Shown here: piece by piece, positions 37,987-47,771 of the stretch | How the letters are laid out: each line of letters opens with the position of its first letter | How positions within the stretch are numbered: position 1 is the stretch's first letter | Origin: an uncultured archaeon | GTDB lineage: Archaea; Aenigmatarchaeota; Aenigmatarchaeia; QMZP01; JACQNV01 | Direction: 5' to 3' | Assembly: GCA_964410585.1 (NCBI GenBank) | Contig: CAYPFW010000001.1 | Coordinates: forward strand, 210,853 to 274,852 | Length of the DNA stretch: 64,000 nt | Notes under the pieces: model-generated | Database searches by the model: none | Told to the model about the DNA's origin: nothing | Seen by the model: only the letters and a program-made list of their open reading frames with translations | Position numbers and translations under genes: made by a program

Positions 37987-39294
37987 ATGAATGGCGAAAA
38001 TAAAATCTCACTTCCAAAAAAGAAGTTTTTGTTTGTATCACAAGAAAGTTTGAGCGGAGATTTAGCTTGGCAAGTGAAAAGGGAAGGGCATGAAGTAAAA
38101 ATATTTATAAAATCAGATGAAGATAAAGATGTTTACGACGGTTTTTTGGAAAAGGTTGATGATTGGCAAAAACACAAAGACTGGGCAGATGTTGTTGTCT
38201 TTGACGACACAGGTTTTGGAGAAATTGCGGATAAATTTAGAAAAGAAGGCAAGCTTGTTGTTGGCAGTAGCACTTATACAGATAAATTAGAAGAAAATAG
38301 GGAATTTGGGCAACAGGAAATGAAGGCTGTTGGAATGAGCACTTTGCCAAGTTTTAATTTTACAAACTTTGATGATGCGATTAAATTTCTAAAAGAAAAC
38401 CCTGGAAGATATGTTTTCAAGCCAAGCGGAAACATCACCTCAGAAAACAAAGACCTTCTTTTTATCAGCCGAGAGGAAGATGGAATAGATTTGCTTGAAG
38501 TTTTGCTCCACAATAGAAAGGCATGGTCTAAAAAAATTGCTTCTTTCCAACTTCAGAAATACGCATCTGGTGTTGAGGTTGCAGTTGGCGCTTTTTTTAA
38601 TGGAAAGGATTTCATAAAACCTGTTTGCATTAATTTTGAGCACAAAAGATTGTTTCCTGGGGAAACCGGACCAATGACAGGGGAAATGGGAACAAGCATG
38701 TATTTCACAAACGACAATATGATTTTCAGCAGCACGCTTGCGAAAATGAAAGATAAACTAGCAGAATCAAAATATGTTGGATACATTGACATCAATTGTA
38801 TTGCAAATGCAAAAGGAATTTATCCATTAGAATATACAGCGAGATTTGGCTACCCCACGATAAGCATACAAATGGAAGGCATTCAAACACCAATGGGCGA
38901 ACTGCTTTACAAAATGGCTGCTGGGGAAAATTTTGAGATGAAAGTGAAAAAAGGATTTATTGTTGGCGTTGTTGTTGCTGTTCCACCATTTCCTTTTGAT
39001 GACAAGAGGACATTTGCAATATACAAAGACTCTTCTATTCTTTTCAAGAAACCAACTTTGGATGGGATTCACATGGGCGATGTAAAATTAGTGGAAGACG
39101 ACTGGCATTTGGCTGGAAATTCTGGATATGCGCTTGTTGTGACTGGTTCTGGAAATACAATGGACGAAGCAAGAAAGCAGGCTTATAAGAGGATCGAAAA
39201 CATTATTTTGCAGAACATGTTCTATAGGACTGATATAGGTGTGAGATGGTTCAAAGACAGCGATCTTTTGCAGACTTGGGGCTACCTATATTGA
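37987..39294 (+). CDS. PurD-like ATP-grasp ligase (phosphoribosylamine-glycine ligase family, divergent).
   Basis: GETGPMTGEMGTSMYF matches the PurD GPNTGGMGA motif, and EYTARFGYP matches EFNCRFGDPE. The N-terminal GSGGREHA motif is replaced. The track start is TTG at 37969 and the ATG is at 37987. Confidence 0.5.
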   Translation: MNGENKISLPKKKFLFVSQESLSGDLAWQVKREGHEVKIFIKSDEDKDVYDGFLEKVDDWQKHKDWADVVVFDDTGFGEIADKFRKEGKLVVGSSTYTDKLEENREFGQQEMKAVGMSTLPSFNFTNFDDAIKFLKENPGRYVFKPSGNITSENKDLLFISREEDGIDLLEVLLHNRKAWSKKIASFQLQKYASGVEVAVGAFFNGKDFIKPVCINFEHKRLFPGETGPMTGEMGTSMYFTNDNMIFSSTLAKMKDKLAESKYVGYIDINCIANAKGIYPLEYTARFGYPTISIQMEGIQTPMGELLYKMAAGENFEMKVKKGFIVGVVVAVPPFPFDDKRTFAIYKDSSILFKKPTLDGIHMGDVKLVEDDWHLAGNSGYALVVTGSGNTMDEARKQAYKRIENIILQNMFYRTDIGVRWFKDSDLLQTWGYLY

Positions 39295-39310
39295 AACCTT
39301 TTAACATAAA

Positions 39311-39369
39311 AGGTTTATCAAAATAGGAGGCTAAAAATTTACTCGACTCGCAAATTTTTTACGCCTTCC
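39311..39369. repeat. Palindromic intergenic repeat, full copy with conserved flank (GGTTTATCAAAATAGGAGGCTAAAAATTT-ACTCGACTCGC-AAATTTTTTACGCCTTCCA).
   Basis: Alignment with the other copies. Confidence 0.7.
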
Positions 39370-39372
39370 AAA

Positions 39373-40131
39373 TTACAGAATTTTTTGACTTTTCTTAACC
39401 CAAACTATCCCATAGTGTGCAGACAAAACAACTTTTCCTTTTTGTGTTTTAGACTCAAAGTAGTCTTCTAATATGGAAACAATTTGCCTTGAATACTCTT
39501 TTACTGGCTTGTGAAAGAAGAATTCGCATAAGTCTACTGCTTCTTTGACAGAAGGTATTGTAATGGTAGCAGTTACTTTTTCCATTTTTGGAGCTTCGCC
39601 TAAATTTTGAATTATTTGAGAGACGTCTTCTATTTTTCCTCTCCTTTCTTCTTCTCTTCCTGAAATAGATTGCCTAAAGGTTGAAAGCAGTTCTCTGAGA
39701 TCTCCAGATTCCAAATGGTGGACAATAAACATATAGCCTTCTGGTTTTGTAAGGGAGAGAAGCTTTTCAATAACTTTGTTCCAATTGTCCATGTGCATGA
39801 GAACAAGCGACATCAAAGTCAGGTCGAATTTTCTAGCAAGAATCACGTATTCGAATTTTTTGTTGTAAATGTCTAAGAAACTGTTTTTCTTCAGAAGTTT
39901 GTCTACTTGGGCCTTTGACTCCTCCACAATTGTTGTTTTTCCAACAAGCTGGGAAAGTGGGATTGTTATTTCGCCTGTTCCTGCGCCAACGTCTAGAAAA
40001 GACCATTCCCTTTTTGGCTTTGCAACTTGGAGAATTTTGTCTAAGATCAACTGTTTTTCATTTGTGTAGGACAAATATTTTTCCCACTGGTCTGTTTCTG
40101 AGTAATTGCCTTTTAGGCTTTGGGTTTGCAT
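39373..40131 (-). CDS. Class I SAM-dependent methyltransferase.
   Basis: Motif I LDVGAGTGEITIPL; motif II and the post-I acidic residue are present. Confidence 0.7.
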   Translation of the reverse strand: MQTQSLKGNYSETDQWEKYLSYTNEKQLILDKILQVAKPKREWSFLDVGAGTGEITIPLSQLVGKTTIVEESKAQVDKLLKKNSFLDIYNKKFEYVILARKFDLTLMSLVLMHMDNWNKVIEKLLSLTKPEGYMFIVHHLESGDLRELLSTFRQSISGREEERRGKIEDVSQIIQNLGEAPKMEKVTATITIPSVKEAVDLCEFFFHKPVKEYSRQIVSILEDYFESKTQKGKVVLSAHYGIVWVKKSQKIL

Positions 40132-40211
40132 TCAACTATTTAGAAAAAACACCTTATATTTCTGAAAAATTGTATCTTTCTTTTAGTGCGTCTTTCATCT
40201 CATGTTCTTTC

Positions 40212-41012
40212 CTATTCTTTTACTTTCAAAGATTCTGGCATGTCTCTAAGTCTTCTATATTCTATTTTTAAACCTTGATTGTTTAAGTCAGCTACTACCT
40301 CATCAAAAGTTGCTGGAGGCACATTTGCAAATTTGAATGTTGTTGTCATATGCCTGATACCAATTGTCCAGTTTAAGTCTCCAAGACTTTGATCAGTTAA
40401 CTCGTCGATTTTCGGTATTTTAAGAGCTTCCTCACTTGTCCAAAATTCTGAATACCCTCTCACACCAACAACTCTTTCTGGGAGGATTTCTACGTCAGGC
40501 CTTTCCTTTCTTGCAATTACTCTTGTTTGTATATCTGCAATAAAATCCGTTTCACTTGGAAGTTCTTTTTGGTTTGTATAAGAAGCTAAATCATCATCAC
40601 CAATTGGGTGTATATGATAAAATCTAACTTTTGATCCCGGAGGAAGGCCTAAAATAGTGTTCCACATTTTTTCCCTATCGGGTTCTATTCTTTTTCTAGG
40701 AATTTCAACAACAACTTTATTTGTTTTAGAATCCCTAAACTGCATCATATATGTTCCTGCATCTTTTCCAATGTCAACAAAATAGGTCCTTCCATTTGGC
40801 TCATGTACTTCCATCCAGGCATCTTCATCTGGTGATGTGAGGGCAGCGTCCATCATTCTTTGGATAGCCACATCTTCTGGTCCAACATAAGTTTTTGAAG
40901 ATGTGTGGTCCACCCGAAGATTTGAAACAGGATATTCTCTTTGGAAAGATGCACAACCTACTAGCTTGAGAGCTAAAAGTGCTGAACCTAAATACAAACC
41001 TACCTTTCTCAT
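40212..41012 (-). CDS. Lipoprotein-like secreted 266-aa protein of unknown function.
   Basis: Signal peptide with LVGCAS lipobox. Confidence 0.5.
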   Translation of the reverse strand: MRKVGLYLGSALLALKLVGCASFQREYPVSNLRVDHTSSKTYVGPEDVAIQRMMDAALTSPDEDAWMEVHEPNGRTYFVDIGKDAGTYMMQFRDSKTNKVVVEIPRKRIEPDREKMWNTILGLPPGSKVRFYHIHPIGDDDLASYTNQKELPSETDFIADIQTRVIARKERPDVEILPERVVGVRGYSEFWTSEEALKIPKIDELTDQSLGDLNWTIGIRHMTTTFKFANVPPATFDEVVADLNNQGLKIEYRRLRDMPESLKVKE

Positions 41013-41123
41013 GTGACGTAATTGTCGTAGGAGTTTATAAAGCTTTTCTTATTTGTTACTTTAGGATAGTAAATTGAATAACCTTTATAAACCCCTAAGC
41101 TATAGAATAATTAGGTGATTTTT

Positions 41124-41282
41124 ATGTGGAAGGAAATACCATTTTGGAAAAAGGCACTTTGGGCTAGTATTTTAATAGGCGGAATTGAAGAGTGCCAAAA
41201 GGAAGATAGATATAGATTAGATCCTAACAACGGTGCTATTATAGATACACAATACAAACCAAATCCAGTTTATAGGAAGTAA
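41124..41282 (+). CDS. Possible 52-aa small membrane protein (MWKEIPFWKKALWASILIGGIEE...).
   Basis: Hand translation; AGGTGA ribosome-binding site 6 nt upstream. It is below the ORF-track cutoff. Confidence 0.25.
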   Translation: MWKEIPFWKKALWASILIGGIEECQKEDRYRLDPNNGAIIDTQYKPNPVYRK

Positions 41283-41356
41283 TAGAAGCAAGTTTTCAGT
41301 TTCTGAATTTTTACAGAAATTGAATAAACAGGCTTGCATTTAAAGGTGAGATAGAT

Positions 41357-41800
41357 ATGACAAATAGATTTTCAGGGATTAGAGGAGCTTTGGGTGCATT
41401 AGTAGTGTACACATCAGGTTTTTTAGGCGGATGTACTTCGCCACAAGTTGTTTCAGAGACGCCTAGACCAACACAACCGCCTGCACAAACAATACAAAGA
41501 AACCCTTTGCCGAAATATAATTTTGAGATTGCAGACAGATATACAAGAATGAATTTATCGTACAGAAAATCTGAAAATGGAAGAAGCAAAACATTTGATG
41601 CAGAAATGTTTGATACAGATTCAAACCCAAAAACAGTGGAACAAGCTGTTGTAACAAGTAGAGAGGGACATGATTCTAACACAGTGATGTTTGTTAGACA
41701 AGGAGCAAAGGTTGCAACAACACCTGGATACAGAACAGAAGTCAGGATAATGACACCAGAAGATGAACAGCGTTTTGATAGATTGTTTGGTGGGGATTGA
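41357..41800 (+). CDS. Lipoprotein (lipobox FLGGCT), first gene of a six-gene operon.
   Basis: Signal peptide plus Cys; GGTGAGA ribosome-binding site. Confidence 0.5.
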   Translation: MTNRFSGIRGALGALVVYTSGFLGGCTSPQVVSETPRPTQPPAQTIQRNPLPKYNFEIADRYTRMNLSYRKSENGRSKTFDAEMFDTDSNPKTVEQAVVTSREGHDSNTVMFVRQGAKVATTPGYRTEVRIMTPEDEQRFDRLFGGD

Positions 41801-42380
41801 TATGAATAAAGTAAGCGAAACTTTAACTAGAGTATTTTTGAGTGCAGCTTTGGCAACTGGTGGATGTACTTTGCCAGAAACACAAATACAGCAACCAAAT
41901 CAACCGAGGCCAACTAGAAATGCAGGTCCTGGATATTTGGGGAATTTTGAAAGGACAATACCTCCAGATGATGGACAAGAATATTCAAGTTCAGATATTC
42001 CAAGCGGATGGAAAATATATGAAAGAAGGTCAACAAGACCAGAGGGTCATGTAGATGAAAAGAGAGGAATCTATATTGAGGATGGAACACTTTACATTGT
42101 TGGACAAAGCAGGTTGTGGGATCCCAACAGCGAATCAAGCGCAATAGATGATGCAAACAGGGACGCAGAAAGAAAATTTGGTGAATTGGTTTTAGATTCA
42201 GATGGTGATGGAAGTTTTTCAGGGTTCATATCAGGGCTTTATAGTGAAGCAATAGAATCCGTCATAGTTAAGAGAGGAGGCGAAGTTGCTTTGGTTGTTG
42301 AAACAAGAAACTCAATTCCTTTGCAAGGCTTGCCAAGAGATACAAGAAGAAGAATAGAAAGCAGATATAGTGGAAGGTAA
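41801..42380 (+). CDS. Lipoprotein (lipobox ATGGCT), second gene of the operon.
   Basis: The track start at 41763 is upstream; ATG 41801 gives MNKVSETLTRVFLSAALATGGC. Confidence 0.5.
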
Positions 42381-42382
42381 AC

Positions 42383-43753
42383 ATGGAATACGCTTCAAGA
42401 GATTCAGAAAGCTGGGAACATCCAGACATCAAAAGATTTAGGGATGTTTTTTCTGATGGATTCATGCATACTGTTGTTCCTATTTTTGTTGGTGATAATA
42501 GTTATTTTGTAATAGAAAGATGGGAACACAAAAATGAACAGGTTGATGTTCTAGAAGCTATTGGTTTTGAAAATACTTTGGGTACAGCAACTGCAACAGA
42601 GGAAGATAAAAGGTGCTATCAGGCAGATCAAAGCAAAAATCCTGCATCTGTTAAGAGAAATCTTCAAGGCGCAGTTGAGGGGCTTAGAAAATTAGCCAGT
42701 ACAAGCAGTGGAAGGCTGAAGTATGTTGCAGAGGGCCTTATTGGATATTATGAAAGGGATGCAAGACCTTTATTAGATAATCTTGAAGATGTTTTAGAAA
42801 TCCATAGAAGGGCGACCTATATTTTGGATGACCTTCAGAAAGCCAAATCAGCAAAAGAATACGGGGATTTGAAAGAAGAACTTAATTCACTTGTACAAAG
42901 TGCATATGGAACACCGTGCTGGTCTTATTTTTGGAATGCTGTTCAACACCACAATCTTTGGATTGATGGAAAAACTTCCCAACTTCAGGCAGATTTGGGT
43001 TTGATAAGATTGGCTCCACAGACACCGGAATATAGACAAGCAATGGACAGGCTTGCACAGCTAGCTTTTATGGCAACAAACAGGATATGTTGGAGAAAAA
43101 AAGAGCCACAAGATGATATACTGAATTATGATAGGATGTTTGAAAAAGAGCAAGGAACAATTGGAGATCCAACAGACAGAAGCCCTATTCCAGAAGACTT
43201 TTCTATGATTCCAGATATGTTAGTTGGTGGAGACGGTTTTATTTTAGAAAGGGTTCAGGAGAGAAAAGTTCTAAGGGACAAATGGTTTTGGGAATTTGAC
43301 GCACTTGCACGAAGGTTTGAAAATCCGCTGGAAGTTGTCCAAGAATCTATAAGATACTTAGAAAGGGCAACAGATGTGATGTTGAAGGTTCGACCTGGAA
43401 CAGTCTATGCTTTTGATGGAAAAACATGTTTGTGGTTTTATGCAACAGATGCACTGCATACAGCAGATCCTATACAAGCATTCAAAAGGAGAACGGCAAA
43501 GATAGACAAAGATACAATTATGCCAGAATCTCTTTTGGGTGAAGTTGATTGGAATGGTATGACTTTTACAGAAGCATTTGGTGAGGAGCCATTTAGGACT
43601 ATGAGAGAAGAAACAGAAAGAGCACACAACAAAAGGCATTATTTTGATCTTGGTGGAGAAATGAGCGATTTTGTTTTTAACCATGAACAGCCCCAACAAG
43701 AACCAGCTCCAAAAAAATGGAATCCATTTGGGTGGTTGAAAATCAGAAGATGA
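42383..43753 (+). CDS. Hypothetical 456-aa protein with no signal peptide.
   Basis: ORF track; tightly linked to its neighbours. Confidence 0.5.
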   Translation: MEYASRDSESWEHPDIKRFRDVFSDGFMHTVVPIFVGDNSYFVIERWEHKNEQVDVLEAIGFENTLGTATATEEDKRCYQADQSKNPASVKRNLQGAVEGLRKLASTSSGRLKYVAEGLIGYYERDARPLLDNLEDVLEIHRRATYILDDLQKAKSAKEYGDLKEELNSLVQSAYGTPCWSYFWNAVQHHNLWIDGKTSQLQADLGLIRLAPQTPEYRQAMDRLAQLAFMATNRICWRKKEPQDDILNYDRMFEKEQGTIGDPTDRSPIPEDFSMIPDMLVGGDGFILERVQERKVLRDKWFWEFDALARRFENPLEVVQESIRYLERATDVMLKVRPGTVYAFDGKTCLWFYATDALHTADPIQAFKRRTAKIDKDTIMPESLLGEVDWNGMTFTEAFGEEPFRTMREETERAHNKRHYFDLGGEMSDFVFNHEQPQQEPAPKKWNPFGWLKIRR

Positions 43754-43766
43754 TGGAGAGAAGCAT

Positions 43767-44399
43767 ATGGGAATATATAGATGGATGAAAGAAGCACCAA
43801 CTTGGAAAGTTGTGACAGGACTCATTGTAGCAAAAGCAGTTTTATTGGGTACTTTGGCTGCACCAAAAGTTCATGTTGGTAAGGAAAACGCAGGAATGGA
43901 TATCAGAAGATATACAACTTGGATGTTTTCCACACCAGAACCAGTAACAGCAGAAGTCAGAAAAGGGGAATATTTTGGAAGGCCCCTGCTTGGCCAATAT
44001 TCTTTTGAACCATCCATAAATGAGACAGTGACTTCTTCTAGAGTTTACAGAGGAGAAAATGGAGAGTTAATACACGTGGCTACAGATGATTGGGGAAGAG
44101 ATGGAGAACAAGACACTCTGAGTGTGGTTGCAACAACAGGAGAATGGAGAAGTGGAAATAGAAAACTATTGTATGCACAAGGTTGGACAAGGGAAAGAAT
44201 TGGTGGAAAGTTGGTTTTATTTTCAGATGGTTATCAAGGCCCTTTGACACCTCAAGAGGCTGCTGGTCTATCACCTGATTTGCAAAAATTCGCAGGCGCA
44301 GAAGGAGATATAGATCCTGAAAGACTTTCCATAAACGTGAGAGAAGAAGCATACAGGATGACAAAAGCAGGAGAAGATAAGAGATTTGAGATAAAGTAG
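43767..44399 (+). CDS. Membrane-anchored 210-aa protein (N-terminal transmembrane segment).
   Basis: ORF track; GGAGAG ribosome-binding site. Confidence 0.5.
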   Translation: MGIYRWMKEAPTWKVVTGLIVAKAVLLGTLAAPKVHVGKENAGMDIRRYTTWMFSTPEPVTAEVRKGEYFGRPLLGQYSFEPSINETVTSSRVYRGENGELIHVATDDWGRDGEQDTLSVVATTGEWRSGNRKLLYAQGWTRERIGGKLVLFSDGYQGPLTPQEAAGLSPDLQKFAGAEGDIDPERLSINVREEAYRMTKAGEDKRFEIK

Positions 44400-44405
44400 G
44401 TGCAT

Positions 44406-45848
44406 ATGATAAGAACATTCAGAAACTACGCGAGAAGTTTTGGAGCTGCAGTAGCTATAGGAGCAGCAGCTCTTGGTTTAAGTTGGTTTTTGGATTCAGC
44501 TGAGCCGACGGTCATCAAAAGATACACAGAAAATGGAAGGGAAGTCACGCTTTTTGATTATGACGGGAATTTGTCGACAGTAGAGGAAAGAGTGACGAGA
44601 GGAAGATTTCCAGCTTTTGGATCTGAACCTCCTTTTGGTGGATATACAGAAAAAAAAGAATTTGAACCTCCAGTAGAAAGAGATGGAAAAAAAGTGAATA
44701 CAGAAGTCAGTTTTTATGATCCAAGTGGCAGACGAGTTGAAGGCCCAATAAGGACTTTGGAACCGAGAGAAGGCGGGCTTGAAACACCTGAAGAAAAACA
44801 AGAGGCTGCAGAAGAGCCAGCATATTTGGCAGAAATAAGAAGCTATTTTGAAGTAATAGAAAGGCTCACAGAGACTGGAGTTGTGGATGATGTCAGTCAT
44901 CTGTATCACTATGTAAGCAACCAAAAACATTTTCCAGATGTGAAAGACATGGATATAGAAGTGGATCAGATACCTTCCTTTTATCCAGTAGGACTTTTTG
45001 GATCTAGAAGTAGTTATGTTGTATTCAAGTATAGAAATAGTTCAACTACGCAGGAAGCTGGTCTACCTGAAGAAGTTGAAATAACTGTCAGTACATCAGA
45101 TACAATTAAACCTAAAAATGAGGTCAGCTTTAGCTTGTTAATTGGAGGCAAGAAATTGGTCTCTTTCAGTGATGGATTTGATATTAATGATAATAGATAC
45201 AAGACAGTTTTCATAGCAACTGACACAATACAAACTTCTTCTTTCGACATAGACGGAGAAGATCTTATATGCAAAAATAGCAGCAATGATTTTGATCTCC
45301 GTGGTGAAAAAATTCCAATAGGCACAAGGATAGATGGAAGTAAAGTTTTGAGAGCAGTTGAGCATTTCGGGGAACAGGCAACAAAAGTAGAGGATATGTT
45401 TTATGCTAGCCTTGCAAGGAAAGTAAGGGACTATGTGGTTAGAAAGAATAATAGGAATTTCAGTCCTGAATACTATATGGATAGTTTCGAAGATGGTTAT
45501 ATACTCTTAAGCGTTCACACAACATCAGGAGTGTTACTTTTACAAGATCGTCGTGGAATTTTTGACACTGATGAACTACATGGAAAACCAACTTATCTAG
45601 AAGGTGGAAGAAAAATGATTATAGAAGGAAAAACAGTCAATAAAAATGATGGAATGACGCAATTTAATAGAGACGGAACAGTAACTTTTACACCTATTAA
45701 GAAACCTTTGGTAGCTCCGGACAATGATGTAGATGGGAGAATAACTGGTGTAGATGAAAAAGTAGAAGGTGATCATATTCTTAACATGAATACAGAGCAA
45801 TACAGAAAATTGCTGCTCGAGTTAGACGAAAAGATAGGAGATGAATGA
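44406..45848 (+). CDS. Signal-anchored 481-aa protein with an N-terminus M-IRTFRNYARSFGAAVAIGAAALGLS.
   Basis: The track start is GTG at 44400 and the ATG is at 44406. Confidence 0.55.
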   Translation: MIRTFRNYARSFGAAVAIGAAALGLSWFLDSAEPTVIKRYTENGREVTLFDYDGNLSTVEERVTRGRFPAFGSEPPFGGYTEKKEFEPPVERDGKKVNTEVSFYDPSGRRVEGPIRTLEPREGGLETPEEKQEAAEEPAYLAEIRSYFEVIERLTETGVVDDVSHLYHYVSNQKHFPDVKDMDIEVDQIPSFYPVGLFGSRSSYVVFKYRNSSTTQEAGLPEEVEITVSTSDTIKPKNEVSFSLLIGGKKLVSFSDGFDINDNRYKTVFIATDTIQTSSFDIDGEDLICKNSSNDFDLRGEKIPIGTRIDGSKVLRAVEHFGEQATKVEDMFYASLARKVRDYVVRKNNRNFSPEYYMDSFEDGYILLSVHTTSGVLLLQDRRGIFDTDELHGKPTYLEGGRKMIIEGKTVNKNDGMTQFNRDGTVTFTPIKKPLVAPDNDVDGRITGVDEKVEGDHILNMNTEQYRKLLLELDEKIGDE

Positions 45849-46648
45849 CAAGAAAATTCATGGACTACGCGAGAAGTTTAGGCGGTAGATTATTTTTAGG
45901 TTCAGCTGCACTGTGTTTAGGGCTAGCTGTAGCCCAACCAATCAGAAACGCTGTAAGAAATTGGGGATCAGAAGATTTTGTAGGAAACATCATAGAATAT
46001 GTTTCCAGCAAGTTCCATGAGAGGAGAGACGGAACATTTTATCTGCATTGTGATTTTCCAGGAAAACGTGTTGACATTTCTATTAAAATTGAAAATGGAA
46101 GACCACTAAGATATCTCAATATAGAAAACAGTGATTTTGTTAGCCAAAACGGAACAAGTACTTTGTACAATAAAAGACCTGGTTTTGAGGACGTCAATGG
46201 AAATGGAAGACTAGAGAATGGAGACAACGTAACATGGGTTTATTACCAAGAAAATGGTTATGATAAAGTGCTTGAGGAAGCAGATAAAGCATACAGAGAC
46301 CAATTGAAAGACTTGAATACAAGGGTACAAGAACTTAAACATTTGGACAAGTTGACAGAGGCCATACAAGAGGATGTTATTGAAACAGGAAAACCTGAAT
46401 TTGTTTCAGATGTTTCAGTATTTCCCAAAGTTCCTTTGCTTTCATTTTTTACAAAAAGGTCTGGGAACAATTTCCACAAAACATACACCCTAGGAGACGG
46501 TTCACGAGCGTCTTTTTTTGTTAGTCTTTATGATAACATCCCAAAACTGTTAATTGATGATTCACAAAACACTTCAATCCTCCCAAGATACCAAGATATG
46601 GAAATTATGGAAAGAGTGGTAAAAGAAGCTGGTCTAAAAATTGATTAG
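45845..46648 (+). CDS. Signal-anchored 267-aa protein with an N-terminus paralogous to the previous gene (MTRKFMDYARSLGG...).
   Basis: ATGA overlap with the upstream stop. The 5' ends of the two genes are about 80% identical over 34 nt. Confidence 0.55.
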   Translation: MTRKFMDYARSLGGRLFLGSAALCLGLAVAQPIRNAVRNWGSEDFVGNIIEYVSSKFHERRDGTFYLHCDFPGKRVDISIKIENGRPLRYLNIENSDFVSQNGTSTLYNKRPGFEDVNGNGRLENGDNVTWVYYQENGYDKVLEEADKAYRDQLKDLNTRVQELKHLDKLTEAIQEDVIETGKPEFVSDVSVFPKVPLLSFFTKRSGNNFHKTYTLGDGSRASFFVSLYDNIPKLLIDDSQNTSILPRYQDMEIMERVVKEAGLKID

Positions 46649-46696
46649 GAGTCAACTTGCTATTAGCTATTTATATCTACACTCTATTGATTAAAT

Positions 46697-47728
46697 ATGA
46701 CCAGTGAGAAAATACTTGTTCTGTCTATCGATAGAGACGATGATTTAGGAAGAAAAGCAGGAGTCAAAGGGCCTGTTCTAGGGCCTGAAAAAGTAAAAGA
46801 AGCTGCACACAAGCTGGGTTTGGCAGATCCTGAAGATTCTGATTTTAATGCAATGTTCGAAGCGATGAGGGTATACGAGGAAGTTAAACAAGGATCAGAG
46901 GCACAGGTTGCTGTTTTGACTGGACACAAAAATGTCGGTTTTACTTCAGATAAGATTGTCTCAGAACAGTTCAACCAGATTTTGAAAAAATTCCCTGCAA
47001 CTGGGATTGTTTTTGTGACAGATGGTGTGGAAGATGAGCACACCTTACCTATAATTCAATCTAAAGTACCTGTTATCTCTGTGAGAAGGGTTTTGGTTAA
47101 ACAAGCTCCGCAGCTTGAATCTTCATACTACAAGGCAAAAGACTTTTTAGAAGAATCTTTGAAAGACCCTAAATTGGCAAGGGTTGTTTTTGGGCTCCCA
47201 GCTTTGACCTTGCTGTTGCTTGGTTTATTTGGCTTGCAGGGATTTAGGTTTGTTCTAGCCATACTTGGAATTTACTTGCTTGTGAAAGGATTCAAGCTTG
47301 AAAAATCAGTCACCGGCGGATTTGAAGAATTGAGAATAGCATTTGCTGAGAAAAGGCTGGCATTCTTTACATATACACTAGCAATAGTTATTGGGGGATT
47401 ATCTGTATATAGGGGTTATGGCGCACTTTCTGAATGGGCAAGTGTAGGTATATTTGAATCAGTTGCTGCATTCTTCTTTTCATCTGCATACTTCTTTTGG
47501 ATTGCAGTATCAGCGGGCTGGTTTGCAAGACTATTTAGCCATTCACACAAACACACAAAGGGAACACTCGCAGCTGGGCCTATTTTTGGATTTGCAATAG
47601 CTTTGGTTATTTCAAATGCCAGTGAAATGGTTCTAAAGCCTGTCATTGGGCTTACTAACTTTTTGATTGCTATTGTGCTTGGCTTTGCTTTGATTGGAGT
47701 AGCTGTTTATTTGGAGAAGAGAAGATAG
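46697..47728 (+). CDS. DUF373-like archaeal membrane protein with an N-terminal cytoplasmic domain and at least six transmembrane segments.
   Basis: N-terminus MTSEKILVLSIDRDDDLGRKAG typical of DUF373, as I recall it. Confidence 0.45.
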   Translation: MTSEKILVLSIDRDDDLGRKAGVKGPVLGPEKVKEAAHKLGLADPEDSDFNAMFEAMRVYEEVKQGSEAQVAVLTGHKNVGFTSDKIVSEQFNQILKKFPATGIVFVTDGVEDEHTLPIIQSKVPVISVRRVLVKQAPQLESSYYKAKDFLEESLKDPKLARVVFGLPALTLLLLGLFGLQGFRFVLAILGIYLLVKGFKLEKSVTGGFEELRIAFAEKRLAFFTYTLAIVIGGLSVYRGYGALSEWASVGIFESVAAFFFSSAYFFWIAVSAGWFARLFSHSHKHTKGTLAAGPIFGFAIALVISNASEMVLKPVIGLTNFLIAIVLGFALIGVAVYLEKRR

Positions 47729-47771
47729 ATTGATTCTATAACATATTAAAGTCTTACTCTACACATTTTCT

